DNA of 57,746 bases from positions 1-57,746 of IMG/VR virus record IMGVR_UViG_3300014502_000007; one strand, given 5' to 3'. Positions 43,401-51,913 of this stretch are shown in pieces (position 1 is the stretch's first letter; each line of letters opens with the position of its first letter). The translations under genes and the position numbers were made by a program. The notes beneath the pieces are model-generated. The model saw only the letters and a program-made list of their open reading frames with translations, was not told the origin of the DNA and did not search any database. The stretch comes from a virus. Lineage: Duplodnaviria; Caudoviricetes.

Positions 43401-45114
43401 CCTTCATGGCATCTGAGATCCTAGTGGTTAGATTCTCAAAACCTGTTGCCATAGCCGAAGCCATTGGTTCGAAGAATCCCCATACAGCCTTAAAGACAGT
43501 ACCAACTTTAGTCCAAATCCAAGTTATCATGTCGCCAAGTTTTGTAAGCGGTGCGAAACTCTTTTGCAACCGCGTACCAAGGGCGTCTATTCCGCCAGTG
43601 TCAACACCACTCAGTTTATCAAAAGCCGACTGTAGAAGTACCCCAAATCCTTTGACAAGAGCAATCGGGATCTCGAGAACAGTTTCAAGTTTATTGAAGA
43701 AAGTCGTTAGACCAGTTCCTCGTTTAATTGCCTCATCGACTTTGACGAGGAAGTCACCAATATTACCTGTAAAGTCGAGAATACCTCCCGAACTCACACC
43801 AGTTGAATGGAAGAGATCGGAAAACATATTGATGACCTTCTTGAGAATCTGCCATCCAATATCGAAAACAGCAAAGACTCCAGCAAAGGTTCGTCTTAGG
43901 TTGTTTGCTGTGGTTTCACCAATTATTAACTTTGCACTGAATACTTCAATAGTCTTGGCAATGTCTTCAATTGGCTTACCTGCGCCAGGAGGAAAGATCT
44001 CTTGAAAGGCATTCTTAATCGGAGCTAATATAGCGCCAATTGCAGAAAAGACATTTTTAATTATGCCAAGAACTGACGGTATTGATTTGGTTAATCCAGT
44101 AAAATCTAAACTCTTAAGTGAAGTGACAAGTTTATCGCTATTGAGATTCAGGAATGTGCCGAAAGCCGATATCAGTGGTAGAAGCGCCGCGTGAATGTTA
44201 TCAATTACTGGTGTTAAAGCGTTGAATACTTTTCGTTGAGCCTCATAAGCAGGCGCAGCGACCTCGGCGCCAAGACGAGCTAATGCCGCCTGCATGTTTG
44301 CTAATGAACCAGCAAAGGTTTTATTGGCATCCTGAGCATGGGCACCGAAAGCACCATCCATGGCATCAGAGAACTGTTTAAAACTAATCTGTCCTGCGGT
44401 GACCATGTCCCGAATTTGAGGTTCGGTCTTACCAAGTGATTTAGCAAGTGTCGCTGCAGCATTGATACCTCGATCCGAAAGCCGCAGGAGATCTTGACCC
44501 ATTAAGCGACCCTGACCAGCAACCGATGTGAAAACGTCAGATATATCTGAATATGAACTTCCGGTCATGGCAGCAACGCCTGCGATAGCACGCAGAGAAC
44601 TCACCATTTGCGGTCCGGCTTTTATACCAGAAGCACCAAACATTGACGCCGCTTTCGCAGCATCAGCAAGACTGTAGGCAGTACCAAGCACAGCCGTCCT
44701 GGCGTTAGCCATAGTTGCAGCAACATCCATGCCAAGACCTTGAAACTGAAACTTAGCCTGTTCGATTGTCAGAGCACGTGTTTTTCCACCCTGAACTAAA
44801 GGATCAACTATCGAACTAAGTAAATTCGACCCGAAATTCATGGCAGAACTTGTTAGATTCTGAAGAACTGAGAAACCTATTGCGCCAAAGGCATTGAACT
44901 TCGAGGAGATGTTGTCAACACCAGAAGCAATCCCTGAAAGTGAAGGTGAGACATTTTGGGCTGCAGTTGCGACATCGCCGAGGCCTTTAGAAGCACCAGT
45001 GAGACTAAGTCCTTTTTTAAGAGTATCTAGTGAACTAAGAGTTTGTTTAATTCCGTCTTCGAATTGCCCATTATCGAACCGCATCTCAACAACGCGAGAG
45101 TCGATACTGCTCAT
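40447..45114 (-). CDS. Tape measure protein
   Basis: About 1555 aa, Ala/Gly/Leu-rich with periodic MSWE repeats; start MSSIDSRVVEM. Confidence 0.93.
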   Translation of the reverse strand: MSSIDSRVVEMRFDNGQFEDGIKQTLSSLDTLKKGLSLTGASKGLGDVATAAQNVSPSLSGIASGVDNISSKFNAFGAIGFSVLQNLTSSAMNFGSNLLSSIVDPLVQGGKTRALTIEQAKFQFQGLGMDVAATMANARTAVLGTAYSLADAAKAASMFGASGIKAGPQMVSSLRAIAGVAAMTGSSYSDISDVFTSVAGQGRLMGQDLLRLSDRGINAAATLAKSLGKTEPQIRDMVTAGQISFKQFSDAMDGAFGAHAQDANKTFAGSLANMQAALARLGAEVAAPAYEAQRKVFNALTPVIDNIHAALLPLISAFGTFLNLNSDKLVTSLKSLDFTGLTKSIPSVLGIIKNVFSAIGAILAPIKNAFQEIFPPGAGKPIEDIAKTIEVFSAKLIIGETTANNLRRTFAGVFAVFDIGWQILKKVINMFSDLFHSTGVSSGGILDFTGNIGDFLVKVDEAIKRGTGLTTFFNKLETVLEIPIALVKGFGVLLQSAFDKLSGVDTGGIDALGTRLQKSFAPLTKLGDMITWIWTKVGTVFKAVWGFFEPMASAMATGFENLTTRISDAMKGMKTGDVLGMMNTGLFAAGLLMIRNFETKVVGLFTGQSKFTVIASLKATITQLTNSLRVMQNSLKAGTLLMLAAAVALLAASVVALSLIDPKKLASALTGLAMLFTQLFVAMTVFQKIAAKGGGLQMLMMAAGMILLAIAVDILVSAVKKMSDLNWNELSKGLLGVTVLLGGLSVAVKAMSGNNEKMVSTGAGLLLLAIGIKILVSAVTDLSGLSWADMSKGLVGVGVLLGSLALFTKFAETDKGGISQGIGLILLATGVKILASAMGVFAALSWEDIAKGLVGMAGGLAIMALALKLMPPSSLLSAAAILIVASSLGIIATALGAMGGMSWEAIGKGLVSLAGALGIIAAALALLPPSTLLSAAAILIVASSLGLIANALGTMGGMSWEVIGKGLIVLAGSLGIIAIAMYAMTGALPGAAALLVIAASLAVLAPILMVFGNMSWEQMGKSLLMLAGVFAVLGIAGLLLTPMVPTLLSLGMAVLLLGVGMLTAGVGLSLFSVGLTALSISGAAGIATLVAIVAGLVGLIPMVIQKVGQGLILLVIVIAQSSAAITQGITVILQALITSIATLTPLIITTLMRLIVMLLAALVVIAPQLIEAGWKILQDLLTGIQNHIGDITTTVANIIVNFLTALTAALPRLTTAGVNFIVALCQGIAANIGTIVTSATNVMVNFLNGLANNIGRIITAGANLIVKFIEGIAGNLSKIITAGADLIVKFLEGISDPKNIANILDAAATCILNFINGLSTAIDKHSTEIGKAAGKLMVSLGRGLKDGFGAAIREVANGVGGPMGFLLGKMADALGAKSPSTKTFTFGMDLAQGISNGLTSYSGVAEKSAEGVGHATIESMRKSISGMSDLMSEPIDINPTITPVLDLTNVQKGAGQLGSMLTTKPISVGTTYSNANTVSTGLTLPANSAKTLADTLTAALAAKPVTTTKTTPRPVEFHIGTIQDGDSLLRRARAANTMVSLAEGGDSTQIVGLGI

Positions 45115-45488
45115 GCTGATGTCACCGCCTTCCATACCTTGTCTTCAATATCATCAAATACAGGTTTTATAGCAGGATTGATATAATCCTGACCTTGAAC
45201 ATACCCGCCAGTACCAGTTCCATGGCCGTATTGAAGCATGATGACTACAGGGAAACCATTCTCAATATCGGTGTTTGTCCAAGACAGGGTGTATGACCCT
45301 CCGGACTGACTAACGTCATAACCCCACGATGATGACGCCAACCTGGTATCGACTGGTGTTGCGTGGGCCAATGCTGTAACACCCTCTTCGGCATACGAAT
45401 CTAATAAACCTAGGAGGTTCAGTTTGGTCATAGCCTTAAGGAAAGACTCCGTGTGATCGAAGGAACCTCTCGATGTAAAAGAGAACAT
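45111..45488 (-). CDS. HK97 gp10-like neck / tail completion protein
   Basis: ATPVDT.LASSSW, LQYGHGT and DYINPAI motifs. Confidence 0.7.
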   Translation of the reverse strand: MFSFTSRGSFDHTESFLKAMTKLNLLGLLDSYAEEGVTALAHATPVDTRLASSSWGYDVSQSGGSYTLSWTNTDIENGFPVVIMLQYGHGTGTGGYVQGQDYINPAIKPVFDDIEDKVWKAVTSA

Positions 45489-45512
45489 GTAGGCCCCCGT
45501 TTCTTGATGAAA

Positions 45513-46055
45513 CTAGCCTTTAGTGTGCATCTGTATTTTTCGTGCTTCATTAAGAGCACGATTCCTCTGTGCAAGTTCACGCATGCTCATCTTCTTTGGT
45601 GGAGCATTCTTATTGTTACAAACTCTAACCAAAGTAAGTAATCGATTTAGATGCCAAGACTGACACTCGAAAGGAATGTTCAATGCAATCATCCAGTAAT
45701 AGATAATCTCAGCAGTGATGATCTCATGATTACGACTTTTATTTTCTATATCACTGAACCAAGTAGCCGTCATCTTAGCGTTAATGTAATCATTAATTGC
45801 TATGATGTTATCATTTGAAAATTTCTGAAAAACCTCCGGGGGAATTTTAGAAGTAAGTGTCATGGCTTGAATGTACCACAAAGTTTCTTCCGTAGTCTTT
45901 TCATTCAAATCTAAGAACGGTTTCTCAAAGAAAGACTCCCATTTTGAAAGTGAGACCAGAGAGTGCTCCAAATCCAAAGTGAACCATTCGGAAGTTACGA
46001 ACTCATTCGCTTCTTCATCAAACGATTCCGTTATTGGAACCTTTATCGTGAGCAC
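45513..46055 (-). CDS. Tail assembly chaperone
   Basis: Between the major tail and tape measure genes; [13 protein letters not shown] and WHLNRLL motifs. Confidence 0.65.
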   Translation of the reverse strand: MLTIKVPITESFDEEANEFVTSEWFTLDLEHSLVSLSKWESFFEKPFLDLNEKTTEETLWYIQAMTLTSKIPPEVFQKFSNDNIIAINDYINAKMTATWFSDIENKSRNHEIITAEIIYYWMIALNIPFECQSWHLNRLLTLVRVCNNKNAPPKKMSMRELAQRNRALNEARKIQMHTKG

Positions 46056-46081
46056 TCTCCGGCCTCCTTTCAGTTACTGTT

Positions 46082-46954
46082 CTATGCTCCCACGAATTCG
46101 AAGAACCAGTCGTTGTCCGTAACCTCGGGGAGTTTATAACCAGCGATGGGTACAGCAGTTACCACTGTGTCTTCCGTGATAACAACCGAACCACTCACGC
46201 CAGCACCATTGATCTTGTAAACGAGTCCAGTTACCGTCGGAATCACGATGGTGTTGGTGAGTGAGGTGAATGTCGGGGCAACAGGAACAGTCTCAACGAC
46301 CGTACCACTAAAGAACGCGATTACCTCCGCAGGAGTAGGAAGCAAAGGTTCGACACCCACCGAACCATAGAGTGCATTCTCGAGCGCAGCCAACCCATTA
46401 GCATCTACCGTTGTCGAATCGATGGTCATAACGGACGTTTGCTTATAACCTGGAACGGAAACAGGCGTTGTTGTGATGTCCCAACTGAATGCCATAGCTT
46501 CAGGCTTATCGTTGACTGTGGCATACTTCTTCTCGGTTGGCGATGCGATAGCACCATAAATCAGGTGCAACTTGTAACCAAAGTCAGTACCATCGACATC
46601 ATTACCGAGTTGAGTACGGTAAGTCAAACCGAAAGTCTTACGCGACTGTTGACCGACAGTAACACCTGGTGTGGGTGCTGCTGTTCCATCACACTGCGCA
46701 AACTCCTCCGGATAAGTGAATGCCTCAACGGTACCGCCATACTCTTCTGCCGCAATGAGGTTCAGGTACTTAAGATTGTCGGCATACTGTGGGTTTGCAT
46801 CTGCACCAGTGGGCTTCTCGGTTACGGCCGTCAAACCGTTCCACGCGAAACCCGTGTCGTATACCCCGCCAACGTTCGGGATAAACAGAACTCCGTGGTC
46901 TACACCGGTCTCATAGGTCCGCTCTCCGACCTGATCCCATGCAACTTTCGTCAT
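46082..46954 (-). CDS. Major tail protein with a C-terminal Ig-like domain
   Basis: YETGVDHGVL, AWNGLT, YADN.KY and EAFTYP motifs. Confidence 0.9.
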   Translation of the reverse strand: MTKVAWDQVGERTYETGVDHGVLFIPNVGGVYDTGFAWNGLTAVTEKPTGADANPQYADNLKYLNLIAAEEYGGTVEAFTYPEEFAQCDGTAAPTPGVTVGQQSRKTFGLTYRTQLGNDVDGTDFGYKLHLIYGAIASPTEKKYATVNDKPEAMAFSWDITTTPVSVPGYKQTSVMTIDSTTVDANGLAALENALYGSVGVEPLLPTPAEVIAFFSGTVVETVPVAPTFTSLTNTIVIPTVTGLVYKINGAGVSGSVVITEDTVVTAVPIAGYKLPEVTDNDWFFEFVGA

Positions 46955-46966
46955 GGTCTTTCCTTT

Positions 46967-47272
46967 CTAAAAGTAGATTATGAAAACGTCGTGGTTGAGA
47001 TTGTTCGCCGTGAAGAACCTATTGTGAGAACACATCGGCAGAGCGGCGATTTTATCTGGAATCTCACTATCAGGATCCCGGTCAATGACAGTTGCCATAT
47101 ATCGCTTAGTATAACGATATGGACTATTTCCAGCGAACTTAGTGGCCGCGATATCTCGCTTATAAACGATACACGGATAATTCATTTGCACATTGGCTGG
47201 TGGTTGGAAGTATACTTGTCCACTACCAAGTACCCCCTCAAGGATAACTTGTAGTTGGAGCCTTTGGCCCAT
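46967..47272 (-). CDS. Tail terminator
   Basis: VYFQPP...MNYPCIVY motif; position. Confidence 0.75.
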   Translation of the reverse strand: MGQRLQLQVILEGVLGSGQVYFQPPANVQMNYPCIVYKRDIAATKFAGNSPYRYTKRYMATVIDRDPDSEIPDKIAALPMCSHNRFFTANNLNHDVFIIYF

Positions 47273-47579
47273 TGTAGACACCTCCCAACGTCAAGAGTAG
47301 GCGGGGACTCTGTACATCGACGTTTGAAACCGTCCATAAAGTCCCCGCCCACTTGATGTAGCAAATGGCAAAGAAATGTTCGTTGGCATATGCATCGGCG
47401 ACGATACTGATAGAATTTCCGACGGAGAGATCGTTGTTGACACTATCGCCCTCTTTGATGCTTCGGGTGTTTCTGACCACATCGCCATAGTATTTATACT
47501 CGACAATGACGTCTTCCCACACCCCGTCGGCCTTCTCCACAGATTCGCCATAGCCAATTTCACCGTAGAACTTTGCCAT
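47238..47579 (-). CDS. Head-to-tail stopper/adaptor
   Basis: Follows the capsid gene; ISIVADAYA and W.V..V.V..PRL motifs. Confidence 0.75.
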   Translation of the reverse strand: MAKFYGEIGYGESVEKADGVWEDVIVEYKYYGDVVRNTRSIKEGDSVNNDLSVGNSISIVADAYANEHFFAICYIKWAGTLWTVSNVDVQSPRLLLTLGGVYNGPKAPTTSYP

Positions 47580-47594
47580 GGTGATACTCCTTGA

Positions 47595-49952
47595 CTAGGC
47601 CGTGTAGATGAAGGTCCAGTCGGTCTCAATGTTGTGCGGGAAGTGGTAACCCGTGTCCGGAACAGCCATGACGTCCGTGGTCTCTTCAATGACAACCGGT
47701 CCGGGAGACACCGTCTCATCGTCAATCTGGTACAGAACACCAGCAACGGTCGGGATCGTGATCGTATGAGTGCCCGGGTTGTATGTCGGAACGGTAGGCG
47801 TAGCCAAGGTACCAGAAATGCGTCGAATAACGATGGCCGACTTCGGCTTCGTCAGTGCACCAGAGACACGAGTCTCAATCAGGTACTTGTACTGGTTGTA
47901 GTCGATGTCAAAGTCATCGAACATCGAGATGACACCACCGCGATCTGCACCCATGGTGTAGTCAGCAATGTTAACAACGACACCGAGCAGATCAGGAACA
48001 GACTCCATGACCTCAACGACGACAATACTGTCGACGCGAAGTGCCGCAGCCAACTCGACCTCGGTCGGGTAGAGACGACGACCCACACCATCCTTAAGCA
48101 GGATCATGTCGGTGAGGATGGAATCCGTGGTATAGAGCGTCGGAGTTCCAGTGCCCTTGTAGTAGGTACGTGCACGAAGAATCGACTCGACGATGCTTTC
48201 ACCAGAAATGTTTGATGCTACCGTAACCAGGTGTGCATACATTTCGTCGTCGAATGCGATCGGACGAAGGCAAGACTCATCGATCTTGTCCTCAGCTTCA
48301 GGGTCACGACCATCACCGATCAGGACTGCACGGGCAAGCTCCTCGTCCAACATGACGCGCATCTCAGCCTTGAGCCAAGCCACAACGTCAAGGTCCGTGA
48401 TGTCGATGATGTCGTCCCGGTCAAGTTTCTGCTTCTTGTAGACAGTGGTCGGAGTGGTCACTCGCTTGAGAAGCTTGATGACCTCTTCCTTCTTGAGAGT
48501 CGCCTTGACATAACCCTTTGCACGGGCCTCTTCGGCAGTCATGTCGACTGCGGTGGACTTGATTCGTGAGAATGGCGAGTGCTTTGCTCCGCCGATGACC
48601 GACTGAACCCACTCCATCCGACGACTGATGACGTCCGGCTGAGAGGTAACGTTCTGTGCATCCGGGAACAGGATATCAATGTCTTCGATGCCATACTCAA
48701 CAGCGTGAGCAAGGAAGGACTCCTTGAGGGAACCGATCCGCTGGGCATCCTCGACAATGGTTTTTAGCTGGTCGTGCGAGAGAGTAGGGCCGTTGTGCTG
48801 CTTCGTGATGCCGTTCTGCTCGAAGACGTTAGGCATGTCATCGGTTCCTTCCGTGTGTTTGAGGTCGCCCTCATCAGTGGTTTTGCCCTCATCGGCATTG
48901 TCGTCGGAGGAGTGTGTTGCAGTACTGCCAGACACTATGGCTGCGGCAGCATCCAGCATGGCTTTGCTAGCAACCACCATAGCTTTTGAGTCTTTTTTCT
49001 TCTTGGCATCCGTTAGGGCATTGTGTGCAGCTAACAAAGTTTTGTTATCGCCTGTTTTGTTAGCATCCATCAAAGCTTGACCAGCGTCAAGCATCTTCTG
49101 ACTTCCCATAAACACAGGGAATTTACTAGCAGCTACCAATGCTTGGTTGGCAGCCGTCAGGGCATCGTGTTGAACTGTGTCGGATGCCGCGACGATGTTT
49201 GTCTGATCTGGTTGAGAAACTTGAGTGACTTCTTCCAAAGCTGCGCCAATCATGTAGTTGACGACATCTTTCTGTTCTTGAGTCAACGAGTCATAAACGT
49301 CCTGAACAGTCCTATCCTGGACATGTGTTGGCGTAAGACCAGCAGCAGAAGCGAGCAAGTCGTGAACGATACTCTTCTGCTCTTCAGTGAATGTGTCGAA
49401 GACGTCTTCCGTAGACGAGTCGCCAATCTTGTCGTCACCTTCACTATTAGTCTTGTCATCGTCGTCATCAGATTTTCCGGAGGGCTTGTCCTCGTGCTCG
49501 AGTTCAAGACCGGTGTAGATGATGGCCTCATCTTCAAGTGTTTCGACATCGCCATCAGCATGCGCAAGACTGATGTTGTCGATAAGTGCTCCGGGGTTGG
49601 CACCAGAGAGTACCAGACTTACCTCTTTGATGCTGCCATGAAAGACACTCTTGGCGCGTTCAACCAGTTGGTTGGCATAGATGGAGAGTGCTGTGATATC
49701 CCCGTGTTGAACGAGAGCCTTGGCGTTTGTTGCCGCGCCGGTCTCGTTGAAGTATGCGTAAGCATACACTCCATCTTTCCGGTTCTCGAGTAGTGCATGT
49801 CCAAGAACATTCGATGGTTCATTGTGCCCATGCTGCCAGACGAGCGGAACCTTCTGTCCATCATTGTCCTTGAATGCATCAGGCATGATGGTCCGACCGT
49901 CGGAGCACTTGAGCCCAGCCTTAGTGGCATAACCGCTGAAATCAGCTTCCAT
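47595..49952 (-). CDS. Prohead protease - scaffold - major capsid fusion
   Basis: FSGYAT, VPLVWQH and EVSLVL.GANPGA (HK97-type protease); acidic linker; HK97-fold capsid region; Ig-like tail. Confidence 0.9.
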   Translation of the reverse strand: MEADFSGYATKAGLKCSDGRTIMPDAFKDNDGQKVPLVWQHGHNEPSNVLGHALLENRKDGVYAYAYFNETGAATNAKALVQHGDITALSIYANQLVERAKSVFHGSIKEVSLVLSGANPGALIDNISLAHADGDVETLEDEAIIYTGLELEHEDKPSGKSDDDDDKTNSEGDDKIGDSSTEDVFDTFTEEQKSIVHDLLASAAGLTPTHVQDRTVQDVYDSLTQEQKDVVNYMIGAALEEVTQVSQPDQTNIVAASDTVQHDALTAANQALVAASKFPVFMGSQKMLDAGQALMDANKTGDNKTLLAAHNALTDAKKKKDSKAMVVASKAMLDAAAAIVSGSTATHSSDDNADEGKTTDEGDLKHTEGTDDMPNVFEQNGITKQHNGPTLSHDQLKTIVEDAQRIGSLKESFLAHAVEYGIEDIDILFPDAQNVTSQPDVISRRMEWVQSVIGGAKHSPFSRIKSTAVDMTAEEARAKGYVKATLKKEEVIKLLKRVTTPTTVYKKQKLDRDDIIDITDLDVVAWLKAEMRVMLDEELARAVLIGDGRDPEAEDKIDESCLRPIAFDDEMYAHLVTVASNISGESIVESILRARTYYKGTGTPTLYTTDSILTDMILLKDGVGRRLYPTEVELAAALRVDSIVVVEVMESVPDLLGVVVNIADYTMGADRGGVISMFDDFDIDYNQYKYLIETRVSGALTKPKSAIVIRRISGTLATPTVPTYNPGTHTITIPTVAGVLYQIDDETVSPGPVVIEETTDVMAVPDTGYHFPHNIETDWTFIYTA

Positions 49953-50027
49953 TTTGACTGTCTCCTTCCTAACTTGATTGTGCTGAAGTTGCTGACTCCG
50001 ACGGAGCCGGCAAGTTGCTATTCATCG

Positions 50028-50522
50028 TCAAACACCCTTAAGAATGTTTTGCGCCTCAGTTGTCGTGATCTGCTCGTACTTGGATTTAACATCACTTGTT
50101 TGCTGTTTATATGATGCCCTTGCTTGGGCTAGAATAGTTTTTAAAGCACCGGCAATTTGGAGTTTTTTTGCGGCCGCATCTTTTTTTGCAACTGCCGTTT
50201 TTACCTTATCGCCTTGAAAGGAAGCGAACAATGCTGTCATTTGGGCTTTGATTTTATCTTGAGCCTCTTTGGCTGTCTGTCGAAGAGCATTTAACCTTGC
50301 TACTTCTGCACTACGATTAGATACCACTTCAGCTTTTTTCGCGACGCCAATATTACTTTTTGACACAGCAAATATTTGCTTCTGCTCCTTGGTCATGCCT
50401 TTAGTAATCGAAGGTTTCCGACCTGTTAGTTGACGAGTTCTCATATAATAATCATGAGCTTTTACAGGATCATAGTATGCCGATACAAAGTGCTGAATGA
50501 CGTCCTCAACTTTTTCACCCAT
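50028..50522 (-). CDS. Basic head-associated hypothetical protein
   Basis: YDPVKAHDYYMRTRQL; between portal and capsid. Confidence 0.8.
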   Translation of the reverse strand: MGEKVEDVIQHFVSAYYDPVKAHDYYMRTRQLTGRKPSITKGMTKEQKQIFAVSKSNIGVAKKAEVVSNRSAEVARLNALRQTAKEAQDKIKAQMTALFASFQGDKVKTAVAKKDAAAKKLQIAGALKTILAQARASYKQQTSDVKSKYEQITTTEAQNILKGV

Positions 50523-50529
50523 AAGTCAC

Positions 50530-51876
50530 TCAACCTCCTGTGTTAGCTAGTTGATTGATATGATCCTCTAGATTGGAGAACACGCCATTAACTATTGCAT
50601 CTTGAGCAGCAGAATCAATTGGCGCCGTTGTTTGTTGTGGCGCTGCACTTGTAGATTGTGCTGTGTTTGTCGTTGACGTTGACACAACTGGAATCGGCAT
50701 GTTACTATTTTGTAGTTTGTCAGCCTTTGGATCGGTCGACGGCTTCATACCAATGACTTGTCTGATCTCATTCGAACTCATAATCTCATTCCGAGCAAAT
50801 TTGTCTGCGATCTCCGCAATATTGGTAATCGGGACAAGCTTAAATGGGTCTCGGAAGTACATAATTGACTGAAATTGTGAACGTGCCGTCTTTGTCAAGA
50901 ATGTTCGCTTCATGGCTTCTGTAACTGCAGCCATAACCGGTTCGATAGTTCGATTGATATAATTAAGCATGGAGGCCTCATTAGCCGTCCCATTCATTAT
51001 CTCTTCGGTGAGACCAAGTTGTCCGTACAACATAGTCGTAAGGTATGTTATTTGTTCAAGTAGATTGTTATCAACAGGTCGATTAAGTTGAGTTACTTTC
51101 TCAGTGCCATCAGTATAAGCAATGCCGTACTTACTACCTTTTAATTGAAACTCAATATCTGCACGACGTTGCTCTGCTTGTTTCCGACGAGACTCAGATT
51201 TTATTATGTATGGCAGTTGAATAATCAAATCAAGTTTGCCAGAACTTGATTGCTCATCAACAGAATCAAGCATGTTAAGTTTACGGATAAGACGTTGAAG
51301 AGTAGAGTTCGGTTCATTCATAACCGAATAAAGCGGGTTCTCGACGATTGCAACAAACGATTTATTAAGAGTTATCTCTTGGCGATAACCAACGGCCTCA
51401 TTGTAAAGACTGATACGAACATGATGTGGATACCAAGCGACAATTTCTCCGACACGCATAGTCTTGACATCAAATGCACCAGTTGTTGCTGGGTCAAGTG
51501 TTGTGTCAACCGGAACTATGGCAGCAACACCTTTATCAAATACAGTCATCGCAATATCTTGACGGAACGCTCGAGCCGCTTGGTCAAGGTTGGCCTCAAC
51601 AGTAAGACATGAGTTGAGACCCGTGTCCATATCAGCGACATAACGAGCATTGGGATCCAAGCGAACGTGACGAACGTCAACTGAGGCAATATCAATACTA
51701 AGACGTGTATATATGGACGAAATAATTGAACGTTCGTTCGAGAATCGAAGTCTTACCCGATCAGGTCGAGATCCATAACTCGCTCCTAAAGCCCCAAATG
51801 ACGTATCAGCATTGGTCTCGTTTGGGTTTATAAAGGAGTTCCAAGCATGCACCAATCGATCAGTGAGTTTGGCCAT
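50530..51876 (-). CDS. Portal protein
   Basis: Follows TerL; size; AIVENPLY.VMNEPNSTLQRL and NEIR..IG motifs. Confidence 0.88.
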   Translation of the reverse strand: MAKLTDRLVHAWNSFINPNETNADTSFGALGASYGSRPDRVRLRFSNERSIISSIYTRLSIDIASVDVRHVRLDPNARYVADMDTGLNSCLTVEANLDQAARAFRQDIAMTVFDKGVAAIVPVDTTLDPATTGAFDVKTMRVGEIVAWYPHHVRISLYNEAVGYRQEITLNKSFVAIVENPLYSVMNEPNSTLQRLIRKLNMLDSVDEQSSSGKLDLIIQLPYIIKSESRRKQAEQRRADIEFQLKGSKYGIAYTDGTEKVTQLNRPVDNNLLEQITYLTTMLYGQLGLTEEIMNGTANEASMLNYINRTIEPVMAAVTEAMKRTFLTKTARSQFQSIMYFRDPFKLVPITNIAEIADKFARNEIMSSNEIRQVIGMKPSTDPKADKLQNSNMPIPVVSTSTTNTAQSTSAAPQQTTAPIDSAAQDAIVNGVFSNLEDHINQLANTGG

Positions 51877-51913
51877 AAGTCACCTCCTTTCTGAAGGATA
51901 TGGTCATGTGTAA

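Noticed and set aside
40553-44005. Long plus-strand ORFs (up to 312 aa), also 17512-18195, 27694-28614, 30390-31115, 46439-47254 and 49077-49793
   Set aside because: Antisense shadows of well-supported minus-strand genes; no RBS or motifs
45490-46055. Programmed -1 frameshift in the tail chaperone
   Set aside because: A single 180-aa ORF fills the interval; no overlapping second ORF is needed
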